A stretch of 64,000 nt of DNA from Clostridia bacterium (lineage in GTDB: Bacteria > Bacillota > Clostridia > Christensenellales > Borkfalkiaceae), in the NCBI GenBank assembly GCA_900768525.1, contig CAAGDF010000003.1, positions 892 to 64,891 of the forward strand. Direction: 5' to 3'. This document shows, in pieces, positions 46,858 to 56,563 of the stretch; position 1 is the first letter of the stretch, and each line of letters opens with the position of its first letter. The position numbers were made by a program, and so were the translations under genes. The notes below the pieces were generated by a model. It made no database searches and was not told the DNA's origin. It saw nothing but the letters and a program-made list of their open reading frames with translations.

Positions 46858-47978
46858 TGGACGCACTGGGTATAATTTTTTCTAACATACACGACGATAA
46901 CGTTCCGGAACTCACCGTCGAACGTACTATGGCGTCGATTCCTTTTTGCGGAAGATATCGTCTTATCGATTTTCCGCTTTCGGGTATGGTCAACAGCGGA
47001 ATAAGCAAAGTCGGCGTAATTACAAAGAGCAACTATCAGTCGCTTATGGATCACGTCGGCAGCGGTAAAGACTGGGATCTTGCCCGTCGTCACGGCGGTC
47101 TTATAATTCTTCCTCCGTTCGGCGTGCAGGAAAGCAAGTCGCTTTACGGCACACGGCTCGAGGCGTTGAAAACGGTTACGGGCTTTTTGGCTAAGTCCAC
47201 CGAAGAATACGTCGTTATGTCGGACAGCGATATCGTCTGCTGCATGAATTTCGACGATCTGCTCGACTACCACACGAAAAAACAGGCGGATATCACGCTC
47301 GTTTACGTAAAGACCAATTCGGACTCCGTTCACGGCACGAACAATATCGTTCTCGAAATGGATAAATCGGGCAAAATCATAGATATGGCGTTCGATCCCG
47401 AATACGAAGAAAAGCGCAAAGTTTGCCTTTACGCCAACGTTTGCATAATGAAGCGCACGCTTTTGCAAAACCTTATCGCCGATGCGGTCGCACATAACAA
47501 ACGCCATTTCGGCGCGGATATTCTCGCCGCAAACTTAAACCGTTTCAAGATTTGCGCCGCCGAGCACAAGGGGTATTTCGTCAAGATTTCTTCGCTGCAA
47601 AGCTACTATGAAGAAAGTTTAAAACTGCTCGATAAAAAGAAACGCGACGCGCTTTTCGGTAACGGCAACTCGGTTTATACCAAGGTTAAAGACAGCGCAC
47701 CCACCCGTTACGGCGAAAAATGTATCGTTAAAAATTCGCTTATCGCCGACGGTTGCGAGATAGAAGGCGAGGTATATAACAGCATAATCTTCCGCGGCGT
47801 AAAAATCGGCAAAGGCACAATCGTGCGCGACAGCGTGCTTATGCAAGGCACTATCACGGGCGAGAACAGCCTTATAAATTGCATTATTACCGATAAGAAC
47901 GTGCTTATAAAAGACAGAAGAGTGTTAAGCGGCTGCAAAACGCACCCGTTCTTCGTATATAAAAACAGCGTTTTATAA
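46857..47978 (+). CDS. glgD: Glucose-1-phosphate adenylyltransferase, regulatory subunit GlgD
   Basis: A paralogue of GlgC that lacks the catalytic GGxGxRL (…RTMASIPFCGRYRLIDFPLS). TAATG start/stop overlap with glgC. Confidence 0.9.
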   Translation: MDALGIIFSNIHDDNVPELTVERTMASIPFCGRYRLIDFPLSGMVNSGISKVGVITKSNYQSLMDHVGSGKDWDLARRHGGLIILPPFGVQESKSLYGTRLEALKTVTGFLAKSTEEYVVMSDSDIVCCMNFDDLLDYHTKKQADITLVYVKTNSDSVHGTNNIVLEMDKSGKIIDMAFDPEYEEKRKVCLYANVCIMKRTLLQNLIADAVAHNKRHFGADILAANLNRFKICAAEHKGYFVKISSLQSYYEESLKLLDKKKRDALFGNGNSVYTKVKDSAPTRYGEKCIVKNSLIADGCEIEGEVYNSIIFRGVKIGKGTIVRDSVLMQGTITGENSLINCIITDKNVLIKDRRVLSGCKTHPFFVYKNSVL

Positions 47979-48013
47979 ACCGCGCAAAACGGCAGGTAAA
48001 AACGCAAAAGTCG

Positions 48014-48033
48014 GGCAATAGGTCGATTATCGC
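48014..48033 (-). repeat. Dispersed repeat, class A, reverse: ggcaataggtcgattatcgc
   Basis: It lies 36 nt after the glgD stop, preceded by caaaagtcg and followed by gtattttt. One mismatch to the consensus. Confidence 0.85.
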
Positions 48034-48118
48034 GTATTTTTGATTAAAAACGCGAACCAATTGCCTTGCGCCCGAAACATAATAAACAGAAATAATTTTT
48101 TAATGGAGTGTTTTGATT

Positions 48119-49828
48119 ATGGCAAATAAGAAAAACGTTACCGAAGAAATAAAGCAGGTCGAAAAAGCGACCGCAAAATCAAAAAAGGTTACCAAAGCCG
48201 CAGAAGAAAAGACGGCTGAAAAGGTTGCCGTAAAAACCGCAAATGAAAAAGTTGCTAAAACGGAAACCAAGGTGGCGAAAACCGCAAAGACACGCTCGGC
48301 AAAGTCGGCAAAAGTAACGTCCGTTCATCCCGAACTCGTTCCGCCGATGAAAGCCCCCGTAAAAGAAGCCGAAGAAGTTAAAGTTGTTGCCGTCGAAAAG
48401 AAAAAGAGCGTATTGTTTGTTGCGTCCGAAGGTTTGCCGTTTGTTAAAACGGGCGGTCTTGCCGACGTAATCGGCTCGCTCCCCAAGGCGATTGCGGCAA
48501 AGGGCGAATACGACGTCCGCGTTATTATGCCGCTGTATTCCGGTATCGACGCAGGCATGCGCAACAATTTTGCATTCATAACCAACTTTAACGTAGGTCT
48601 TGCATGGCGTAATCAGTATTGCGGATTATTCTCCTGCAGGCTTGACGGCGTTACTTTCTATTTTATAGATAACGAATATTATTTCTCGCGCGATAGTATT
48701 TACGGAGCATACGACGACGGCGAAAGATTTGCATTCTTCTCCAAAGCGGTGCTCGATACGCTCGGCGTGCTCGATTACTATCCCGACGTTATCGACTGCA
48801 ACGACTGGCAAAGCGCGGCTACCGTCATTTACTTAAAAACGCTTTACGCCGATAAATTCGGATTTTCCGAAATTAAAACGGTATTCACCATACACAATAT
48901 AGAATATCAGGGCAAGTTCGGAATGGAAACGGCTGCAGATCTCTTCGGTTTCCCCGAATCGGCTTACGGTGCGATCGAATTCGACGGTTGTCTTAACCTT
49001 ATGAAAGGTGCGATTCAGCTTGCCGATAAAGTGGTTACCGTCAGCCCCACCTATGCGCGCGAACTGCAAGATCCTTATTTTGCAGCAGGACTTGAGAACA
49101 TAATCAAAGCCAACGAATATAAGATCTGCGGAATACTCAACGGGCTCGACCTCGAACTTTACGATCCCGCAACCGATAAAGCGTTGTTCGCCAACTATTC
49201 GGCAAACGCCCTCGACGGTAAAAAGACATGTAAGCGCGAACTGCAAAAAATGTTAGGGCTTCCCGAACGCGACGACGTACCCGTCATAGCCGTTATCAGC
49301 AGACTGGTATCGCATAAAGGTCTTGACCTTATTAAGTGTATTCTCGACGAATTGCTTTACGAAGACGTGCAGTTTGTTGTGCTCGGCAAAGGCGACGTAG
49401 ATTACGAAAATTATTTCAGATATATGGAAGGGCGTTACGGCTGCAAATGCCGCGCGCTTATCGCGTTTAACAGAGATATGGCGTCCAAAATATATTCGGG
49501 TGCGGATATATTGCTTATGCCGTCAAGACAAGAACCCTGCGGATTGTCGCAAATGATAGCCTGCCGTTACGGTACGATACCCGTAGTAAGGCGCACGGGC
49601 GGTCTTGCCGACAGCATTAAAGCGTACAACGAGGACAGGACGGAGGGCAACGGTTTTGCGTTCACCAACTACAACGCGCACGAAATGCTTTACGTTATAA
49701 AGGACGCGATATTCACGTTCGCCAAGAAAGATGAATGGAACAAAATTGTCAAATATGCAATAAACAGCGATTTCGGCTGGGAAAAATCATCCGAAAAGTA
49801 TACTGAATTGTTCGATTCCTTAAACTAA
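48119..49828 (+). CDS. glgA: Glycogen synthase (GT5) with a ~95-aa Lys/Ala-rich N-terminal extension
   Basis: The core starts at KKSVLFVASEGLPFVKTGGLADV (nt ~48401), and the C-terminal motif PSRQEPCGLSQM is present. The open frame extends upstream to the ATG at 48119 or the TTG at 48113, with a GGAG RBS. Confidence 0.9.
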   Translation: MANKKNVTEEIKQVEKATAKSKKVTKAAEEKTAEKVAVKTANEKVAKTETKVAKTAKTRSAKSAKVTSVHPELVPPMKAPVKEAEEVKVVAVEKKKSVLFVASEGLPFVKTGGLADVIGSLPKAIAAKGEYDVRVIMPLYSGIDAGMRNNFAFITNFNVGLAWRNQYCGLFSCRLDGVTFYFIDNEYYFSRDSIYGAYDDGERFAFFSKAVLDTLGVLDYYPDVIDCNDWQSAATVIYLKTLYADKFGFSEIKTVFTIHNIEYQGKFGMETAADLFGFPESAYGAIEFDGCLNLMKGAIQLADKVVTVSPTYARELQDPYFAAGLENIIKANEYKICGILNGLDLELYDPATDKALFANYSANALDGKKTCKRELQKMLGLPERDDVPVIAVISRLVSHKGLDLIKCILDELLYEDVQFVVLGKGDVDYENYFRYMEGRYGCKCRALIAFNRDMASKIYSGADILLMPSRQEPCGLSQMIACRYGTIPVVRRTGGLADSIKAYNEDRTEGNGFAFTNYNAHEMLYVIKDAIFTFAKKDEWNKIVKYAINSDFGWEKSSEKYTELFDSLN

Positions 49829-49855
49829 AATCGAAAGGAGCAAAATTTACGACAC

Positions 49856-52291
49856 ATGAACGAAAAACTCGGTTTTACCAAGAAAGAGGCTGAAGAAACA
49901 ATTAACGGTAAACTGTCGCGCTTTTTCGGCGTTTCCGGAAAAGAGGCGACTTCGGAACAGCTTTATAAGGCGGTGGTTATGACCGTCCGCGATATACTGC
50001 TGGAAAAAAGAAAGAGTTTTAACTACAAAGTAAAAGAGAAAAAGGCGAAACGCGTGTATTACCTTTGCATGGAGTTTTTACTCGGGCGTTCGCTTAAAAA
50101 CAACGTTTACAATTTAGGTATAGAAAAACAACTCAACGCCGCGTTGAAAAAATACGGCACGAATCTTGACGAACTGTACGAAAACGAACCCGACGCGGGG
50201 CTCGGAAACGGCGGTTTGGGCAGGCTTGCCGCTTGCTTTATGGATTCGCTCGCCACGATGGATTACCCCACAATGGGCTTCTCGCTCAGATACGAATACG
50301 GTTTGTTCAAGCAAAAAATAGTCGACGGCTGGCAGACCGAACTCCCCGACGAGTGGTTGCCGGGCGGCGAAGTATGGCTTACGCAACGCCTTGATAAAAC
50401 TTTCAAGGTCAAGTTCGACGGGCGAATAGAAGAACATTGGACGGAAAACGGCATGAAAGTCGAACATGTCGACGCGACCGAGGTAGAAGCCGTTCCGTAC
50501 GATATGATGATTTCGGGCAAAGATTCCGAAGCCGTTTCGGTATTAAGACTGTGGAGTGCGAGAAGTTGCAAGACGTTCGACATGCGTTCGTTCTCCGAGG
50601 GCGATTATATGCGCTGCATGAAAGAATCGGGTGAAGCCGAACTGATTTCAAAGGTGTTGTACCCCGCGGATGACCATTACGAAGGCAAATCGTTAAGGCT
50701 CAAGCAGCAGTATTTCCTTGTTTCGGCAACGTTGCAGTATATTATTTCAACGCATTTCCGTCGTTTCAACACGCTCGATAACCTTGCCGATAAAGTCAGC
50801 ATTCACATTAACGACACGCACCCCGCGCTTTGTATTCCGGAACTTATGCGTATTCTTATGGACGAATACGGTTATTCGTGGGAGCATGCGTGGGATATAG
50901 TAACAAAAACGGTCGCTTACACCAACCACACTGTTATGAGCGAGGCTCTCGAAAAGTGGAACGAGGATCTCATCGAACGCCGCTTGCCCAGAATTTACAG
51001 TATAATCCGCGAAATCAACGCAAGATTTTGCGGCGAAATGTGGCAACGTTTCCCGGGGCAGTGGGATAAAATCGACCGCATGAGCATAATGTCGCATGGT
51101 CAGATAAAAATGGCTAACCTCAGCGTGATCGGCTCTAAAAAGGTCAACGGCGTTTCGGCGTTGCACAGCGAAATTCTTAAAAAGGAAACTTTTAAAGATT
51201 TTTATGAGATTTATCCCGAGAGATTTACCAACGTAACCAACGGTATCGCATACAGAAGGTGGTTGTGTCAGGCTAACCCCGAACTGACTTCGCTTATCAC
51301 CGAACTTATCGGCGACGGGTTTGTAAAAGACGCGTCGCAGCTTAGCAATCTCGAACAGTTCAAGGACGACGCGACCGTGCTTAAACGCCTTGAAGAAATC
51401 AAGAATATCAAGAAAAAGCAGCTTGCCGACTATTTGTATAAGAAGAGCGGGGCGGTACTCGATTCCTCAACGCTGTTCGACGTGCAGGCAAAGCGTATGC
51501 ACGAGTACAAACGCCAACTGCTAAACGTTATGAATATCATTTATCTTTACGAGCAGTTAAAGGCTAACCCCGAAATGCCTATGCAGCCGCAAACCTTCAT
51601 TTTCGGTGCAAAGGCTGCGCCCGGTTACCTTATGGCAAAGCAAATAATAAAACTTATATGCTTTGTTGCCGCCGATATCGATAAAAACCCCGATCCCCGT
51701 ATCCGCGAAAAACTCAAAGTTTACTATGTGGAGAACTACTCGGTAACGCTTGCCGAACTTATCATGCCGGCAGCCGAGGTTTCCGAGCAGATATCGCAGG
51801 CGGGCAAGGAAGCCAGCGGTACGGGTAACATGAAATTCATGATAAACGGCGCATTGACGCTCGGCACGCTCGACGGCGCGAACGTCGAAATGGCTGAGGC
51901 TGTCGGCGACGACAATATCTACATTTTCGGTCTTAAAGCGGGCGAGGTAGAGGCGCTTTGGAAAAAGGGTTACGACGCTTCGGCTTTTTATAACAACAAT
52001 TCCGCGCTGCACGTCGTTATCGAAAGTCTTAAAAAAGGTTTCAACGGCGAAAGTTTCGTAAATATTGCGGACTATTTGCTCCGTCAGTCGCCTATCGCCG
52101 ATCCGTATATGTGTATGGCTGATTTTCAGTCGTACGTTCAAACGCGTGAAAGGTTGCTCGGCGATTACGCCGATAAACAGCTTTGGGCAAAGAAGAGTTT
52201 GAAAAATATTTCGTCAAGCGGAATATTCTCTTCCGACAGGAGCATCCGCGAGTACGCCGAAAACATCTGGGATCTTAAACCGCTTAAATAA
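49856..52291 (+). CDS. glgP: Glycogen/maltodextrin phosphorylase
   Basis: 811 aa of GT35: YLCMEFLLGRSL, GLGNGGLGRLAACF, and the PLP-lysine motif EASGTGNMKFMINGA. Confidence 0.95.
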   Translation: MNEKLGFTKKEAEETINGKLSRFFGVSGKEATSEQLYKAVVMTVRDILLEKRKSFNYKVKEKKAKRVYYLCMEFLLGRSLKNNVYNLGIEKQLNAALKKYGTNLDELYENEPDAGLGNGGLGRLAACFMDSLATMDYPTMGFSLRYEYGLFKQKIVDGWQTELPDEWLPGGEVWLTQRLDKTFKVKFDGRIEEHWTENGMKVEHVDATEVEAVPYDMMISGKDSEAVSVLRLWSARSCKTFDMRSFSEGDYMRCMKESGEAELISKVLYPADDHYEGKSLRLKQQYFLVSATLQYIISTHFRRFNTLDNLADKVSIHINDTHPALCIPELMRILMDEYGYSWEHAWDIVTKTVAYTNHTVMSEALEKWNEDLIERRLPRIYSIIREINARFCGEMWQRFPGQWDKIDRMSIMSHGQIKMANLSVIGSKKVNGVSALHSEILKKETFKDFYEIYPERFTNVTNGIAYRRWLCQANPELTSLITELIGDGFVKDASQLSNLEQFKDDATVLKRLEEIKNIKKKQLADYLYKKSGAVLDSSTLFDVQAKRMHEYKRQLLNVMNIIYLYEQLKANPEMPMQPQTFIFGAKAAPGYLMAKQIIKLICFVAADIDKNPDPRIREKLKVYYVENYSVTLAELIMPAAEVSEQISQAGKEASGTGNMKFMINGALTLGTLDGANVEMAEAVGDDNIYIFGLKAGEVEALWKKGYDASAFYNNNSALHVVIESLKKGFNGESFVNIADYLLRQSPIADPYMCMADFQSYVQTRERLLGDYADKQLWAKKSLKNISSSGIFSSDRSIREYAENIWDLKPLK

Positions 52292-52356
52292 TCGCTTAAA
52301 TAATTTGCCGCGTTTCGGGCGTAAACCGCGCAGCGAAAAACTTGCTTAACTCACTT

Positions 52357-54150
52357 ATGTATATTATCTTTGACCCGACGAACGAAAAATACAAAAACAT
52401 AAAGGGCGGTGTGGCTGAAAACAGCACCGTCCGATTTTTCGTTGAGTCGGATGCCGATAAAGTAATAATGGAGTTTTATGGCGATAATCGACCTATAGCC
52501 CGACTTTTCACTAAAAGCGACGGCGGTTTTACGCTTGAAACTTCGTTTGAAAAGGGTTTGTATTTTTATAAACTCAAAGCGGAATTAAACGGTGAGGAGC
52601 ATATTTTCGGCGCAAGCGAAAAACTTAATGCCGTCGGGAACGGCGCTCCGTGGCAACTCACGGTTTACCACGCCGACTATTGTACGCCCGAGTGGATCAA
52701 GGGCGGTATAATATATCAGATATTTCCCGACAGGTTTTGCCGCGACGGTTCGCTTACCGTGTCCGCGGGTAAGATTGCGCGCTACGATTGGGGCGGAACG
52801 CCCACCTTTCGTTCAAGCGACGGTATAGTCAGAAACAACGAGTTTTTCGGCGGTAATTTCAAAGGCATAAAAAAGAAACTTGATTATTTAAAATCGCTCG
52901 GCGTTACGGCGGTTTATCTTAACCCGATATGCGAAAGTTACTCGTCGCACCGCTACGATACGGGCGATTATATGGCGATTGACCGCGTTTTGGGCAGCGA
53001 AAGCGATTTTGCCGATATGGTCGGCGAGGCTAACAAGCAGGGTATTCGTTTTATATTCGACGGCGTGTTCAATCATGTCGGCGCGGACAGCAAATATTTC
53101 AATAAATACGGGAATTACGACAGTGTCGGCGCATATCAGTCGCCAAATTCGCCTTACTATGACTGGTTTACGTTTCGCAATTTCCCCGACGATTACGAGA
53201 GTTGGTGGGATTTTAAAAACTTACCGTCTATTAAAAAAACTTGTGAAGATTTTCAGTCGTTTATAAGCGGCGACGGCGGAGTTTTGCAGCATTGGTTAAA
53301 CCTCGGTTTTAACGGCGTTCGACTTGACGTTGCCGACGAACTTACCGACGAATTTATATTTAAAATTCGAGGCAAGTTAAAGCGCGAAAGTGCCGATAAT
53401 CTACTTATAGGCGAGGTTTGGGAGGATGCGACCAACAAAATCGCATACGGAATACGCCGTAAATATTTCACCGACGGCGAACTCGATTCGGTGATGAATT
53501 ACCCGCTTAAAGATGCTATCTGCGATTATTTGTTAAGCGGAAAAACCGACTATCTCGAACAGGTGATTTGCGAGCAGATAAACAACTATCCTAAGCCCGC
53601 GCTCGACTGCCTTATGAACGTGCTTTCGACTCATGATTCTATAAGGGCGATTACTCTTTTCGGCAGAAAAACTCCCGTATACAACAAGGACGAAATGGCG
53701 GGTGAAAAGCTCACTGCCGAAGAATACAACCGCGGTAAGGCGAAACTCAAATGCGCTTCCGTATTGCAATTTTTTTTATACGGAGTGCCCGCCGTCTATT
53801 ATGGCGACGAAGAAGGGCTCGAGGGTGATCTCGATCCGTATAACAGGCGTTGTTTCGATTGGAACGATATCGATGAGGACTTGCTTTCGCACTATCGCAA
53901 AATATCGAAAATTCGTCTTGATAACAAAGAAATTCTCGCATATGGGCAAACGAACATAGAAACCGCGTTCGACGGCTTGTTCGTGTTCGGGCGAGAGTCT
54001 ACAAAAGGTAAACTCATTATTGCCGTAAACGCAGGCAATAACGAATATAAATTAAAAACCGACCGCAAAGCCGAAGATTTATACGGCGGATCGGTCGGAT
54101 ATGAAACACTTATACCCCCGCTCGGTTTCGTTGTGCTTAAAGCAGTATAA
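52357..54150 (+). CDS. GH13 alpha-amylase-family hydrolase (neopullulanase / alpha-glycosidase-like)
   Basis: An N-terminal beta-sandwich domain followed by GH13 regions: YQIFPDRF, DGVFNHVG, GVRLDVADE, IGEVWED, STHDS. The start is uncertain (ATG at 52357, no clear RBS). Confidence 0.85.
   Translation: MYIIFDPTNEKYKNIKGGVAENSTVRFFVESDADKVIMEFYGDNRPIARLFTKSDGGFTLETSFEKGLYFYKLKAELNGEEHIFGASEKLNAVGNGAPWQLTVYHADYCTPEWIKGGIIYQIFPDRFCRDGSLTVSAGKIARYDWGGTPTFRSSDGIVRNNEFFGGNFKGIKKKLDYLKSLGVTAVYLNPICESYSSHRYDTGDYMAIDRVLGSESDFADMVGEANKQGIRFIFDGVFNHVGADSKYFNKYGNYDSVGAYQSPNSPYYDWFTFRNFPDDYESWWDFKNLPSIKKTCEDFQSFISGDGGVLQHWLNLGFNGVRLDVADELTDEFIFKIRGKLKRESADNLLIGEVWEDATNKIAYGIRRKYFTDGELDSVMNYPLKDAICDYLLSGKTDYLEQVICEQINNYPKPALDCLMNVLSTHDSIRAITLFGRKTPVYNKDEMAGEKLTAEEYNRGKAKLKCASVLQFFLYGVPAVYYGDEEGLEGDLDPYNRRCFDWNDIDEDLLSHYRKISKIRLDNKEILAYGQTNIETAFDGLFVFGRESTKGKLIIAVNAGNNEYKLKTDRKAEDLYGGSVGYETLIPPLGFVVLKAV
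52481..52500 (+). repeat. Dispersed repeat, class A, forward, inside the GH13 CDS: GCGATAATCGACCTATAGCC
   Basis: 20/20 match, followed by CGACTTTT as at 8896. It is read in frame as G-D-N-R-P-I-A-R-L-F. Confidence 0.85.
53392..53412 (+). repeat. Near-copy of the class A repeat inside the GH13 catalytic region: GCCGATAATCtACTTATAGGC
   Basis: It differs from GCGATAATCGACTTATAGGC by one substitution plus one extra C. It encodes A-D-N-L-L-I-G of the conserved LLIGEVW motif, so it may be a coincidence of coding sequence. Confidence 0.45.
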
Positions 54151-54234
54151 ACCGCCGATCTTCCGGTGCGTAAAGCACGCAAAAGCATACGAATCCTTAC
54201 ACATTAACACAACATTTTGAGGAAGGAAAAAACA

Positions 54235-56406
54235 ATGGACATTTTACAGACAATTACGCAGGAATTTTCGCTTAAACCCGAGCATGTAAACAATATAGTC
54301 GCGTTGCTCGACGACGGTAACACTATACCGTTCATCGCCCGTTACCGTAAAGAGCTTACGGGGCATATCGACGATCAGGTTCTGCGTGAATTATCGGACA
54401 GATTGACCTATCTTCGCAATCTCGAAGAAAGAAAGGGCGAGGTAGAGCGCAGCATAACCGAACAGGGCAAGATGACCGACGAAATCAAGCAGGCACTCGA
54501 AGCCGCGGTAACGCTCACCGAGGTAGAGGATATTTACCGTCCGTACAAGCAGAAGAAAAAGACGCGCGCCACGATTGCGGCGGCAAAAGGACTTACTCCG
54601 CTTGCCGATATCATGCTTGCTCAGGAAATCAAAGAGGGCAGCGCGGAAGACATCGCGAAAGAATATATCAATGAAGAACTCGGCGTAAAAACCGCCAAAG
54701 AAGCGCTTGCGGGGGCTATGGATATAGTTGCCGAAGGAGTTTCGGACGACGCCGAACTGCGTAAAAAACTGCGTAATATCTTTATGCGCAACGGCGAAAT
54801 ATCCTCAAAACTCGTCAAAACCGACGACGAAGGCGCAAAAGTTTACGAAAACTACGCAGATTATTCCGAGCCCGTCGCCGATATCAAGAACCACAGAATT
54901 CTTGCCATCAACCGCGGCGAAAAAGAAGGTTATCTGCGCGTAAAACTGGGCATTGATAAAGCGTTCGGCGGCAGGGTGTGTATGGCTGCGTTCGTAAAAG
55001 AGGGCAGTATTTTCACGCCTTATGTAGAGGCGGCTTGCGCCGACGCATACGAAAGGCTTATCGCTCCGTCCATCGAGCGCGAAGTAAGAAACATGCTTAC
55101 CGACGCGGCAAACGAACAGGCGATCAAGATGTTCGAGGTCAATTTGAGACCGCTCCTTATGCAACCGCCCATTCGCGATAAAGTTACGCTCGGCTGGGAT
55201 CCCGCATACAGAACGGGTTGTAAACTCGCCGTCGTGGACGAAACGGGCAAGGTGCTCGATAAAACGGTCATTTATCCTACCATGCCGCAAAACAAGGTGG
55301 AAGAGGGCAAAGCGGTCGTAAGAAAACTCATCGCCAAATACGGCGTTCAGGTAATTTCTATCGGTAACGGCACGGCTTCTAAGGAAAGCGAAATCATCGT
55401 ATCCGATCTCGTGCGCGAATATAACGGCAAGGTTGCGTATATGGTGGTCAGCGAAGCGGGAGCTTCGGTTTACTCGGCTTCAAAACTCGGCGCGGAAGAG
55501 TTCCCCGATTACGACGTATCCGAACGTTCGGCGGTATCTATCGCAAGGCGTTTGCAGGATCCGCTTGCCGAACTTATCAAAATAGATCCCAAGTCGATCG
55601 GCGTTGGTCAGTATCAGCACGATATGCCCGAAAGCAGGCTCGACAGCGTGCTTAAAGGCGTTATGGAAGACTGCGTAAACAAAGTAGGCGCGGATCTTAA
55701 TACGGCAAGCGTATCGCTCCTTTCTTATATTTCGGGGCTTAACGCTTCGGTTGCAAAAAACATAGTCGCCTATCGCGAAGAGCACGGCAAGTTCAAATCG
55801 AGAAAAGAATTGCTCAAAGTTTCAAAACTCGGGGAAAAGGCGTTCACGCAGTGCGCGGGATTTATGCGTATCCCGGGCGCGAAGAATATTCTCGATAACA
55901 CCGGCGTACACCCTGAGTCTTACGATGGCACCGAAAAACTTCTTTCTCTGTTCGGTTATACCGATAAAGACGTCGAAAGCGGAAACCTCGGCGAACTGAA
56001 AGACAAAATCAAAGCGTATGGTACGAAACGCGTTTGCGAGGAAACCGGGCTGGGCGCGGAAACTCTGAACGATATCGTAACAGAACTTTTAAAACCCGGA
56101 CGCGACGTGCGCGACAGCCTGCCCAAGCCCATGCTGCGTGCCGACCTTATGGATATTAACGACCTCGTTCCCGGTATGAAAATAAAAGGCACGGTAAGAA
56201 ACGTTACCGACTTCGGCGCGTTCATCGATATCGGCGTTCATCAGGACGGACTTGTTCACGTATCCGAAATATCCGACAGGTTTGTTCGTCACCCCAGCGA
56301 AGTGCTTAAAGTAGGCGACGTTGTGGACGCAACGGTTATCTCTGTAGACGTTCGCAAAAAACGTATCGGATTAAGTCTTAAAAGTAAACCCGTAATCAAT
56401 AAATAA
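54235..56406 (+). CDS. tex: Tex-like transcription accessory protein with a C-terminal S1 domain
   Basis: N-terminal IPFIARYRKE, a YqgF-like and HhH middle region, and a C-terminal S1 domain (GTVRNVTDFGAFIDIGVHQDGLVHVSE). ATG at 54235 with a GAGGAAGGA RBS. Confidence 0.93.
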   Translation: MDILQTITQEFSLKPEHVNNIVALLDDGNTIPFIARYRKELTGHIDDQVLRELSDRLTYLRNLEERKGEVERSITEQGKMTDEIKQALEAAVTLTEVEDIYRPYKQKKKTRATIAAAKGLTPLADIMLAQEIKEGSAEDIAKEYINEELGVKTAKEALAGAMDIVAEGVSDDAELRKKLRNIFMRNGEISSKLVKTDDEGAKVYENYADYSEPVADIKNHRILAINRGEKEGYLRVKLGIDKAFGGRVCMAAFVKEGSIFTPYVEAACADAYERLIAPSIEREVRNMLTDAANEQAIKMFEVNLRPLLMQPPIRDKVTLGWDPAYRTGCKLAVVDETGKVLDKTVIYPTMPQNKVEEGKAVVRKLIAKYGVQVISIGNGTASKESEIIVSDLVREYNGKVAYMVVSEAGASVYSASKLGAEEFPDYDVSERSAVSIARRLQDPLAELIKIDPKSIGVGQYQHDMPESRLDSVLKGVMEDCVNKVGADLNTASVSLLSYISGLNASVAKNIVAYREEHGKFKSRKELLKVSKLGEKAFTQCAGFMRIPGAKNILDNTGVHPESYDGTEKLLSLFGYTDKDVESGNLGELKDKIKAYGTKRVCEETGLGAETLNDIVTELLKPGRDVRDSLPKPMLRADLMDINDLVPGMKIKGTVRNVTDFGAFIDIGVHQDGLVHVSEISDRFVRHPSEVLKVGDVVDATVISVDVRKKRIGLSLKSKPVINK

Positions 56407-56419
56407 TTGCAAAATAAGC

Positions 56420-56439
56420 GGCTATAAGTCGATTATCAA
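56420..56439 (-). repeat. Dispersed repeat, class A, reverse: ggctataagtcgattatcaa
   Basis: It lies 14 nt after the tex stop. It forms an inverted pair with the class B copy at 56532 around the terminator. Confidence 0.8.
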
Positions 56440-56470
56440 GCATTTTTCAAATCTTTTAGATAAAATACAA

Positions 56471-56502
56471 AGCGGATTGCACTAAAAACAGTGCAGTCCG
56501 CT
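56471..56502. terminator. Bidirectional intrinsic terminator (tex / rtcB convergent)
   Basis: 13-bp stem agcggattgcact (56471-56483) / agtgcagtccgct (56490-56502), flanked by A and T runs. Confidence 0.85.
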
Positions 56503-56531
56503 TTTAAAATTGATTTTTTAGGGATATAACA

Positions 56532-56552
56532 GCCGATAACGGTCTTATAGCC
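56532..56552 (+). repeat. Dispersed repeat, class B variant, forward: GCCGATAACGGTCTTATAGCC
   Basis: It is followed by gcgTTTTTTg and lies 12 nt beyond the rtcB stop codon. Confidence 0.75.
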
Positions 56553-56563
56553 GCGTTTTTTGA

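Noticed and set aside
45808-47507. Antisense ORFs of 296 aa (45808-46698) and 235 aa (46800-47507)
   Set aside because: They lie opposite glgC and glgD, which have clear nucleotidyltransferase motifs. The antisense translations show no domain signal.
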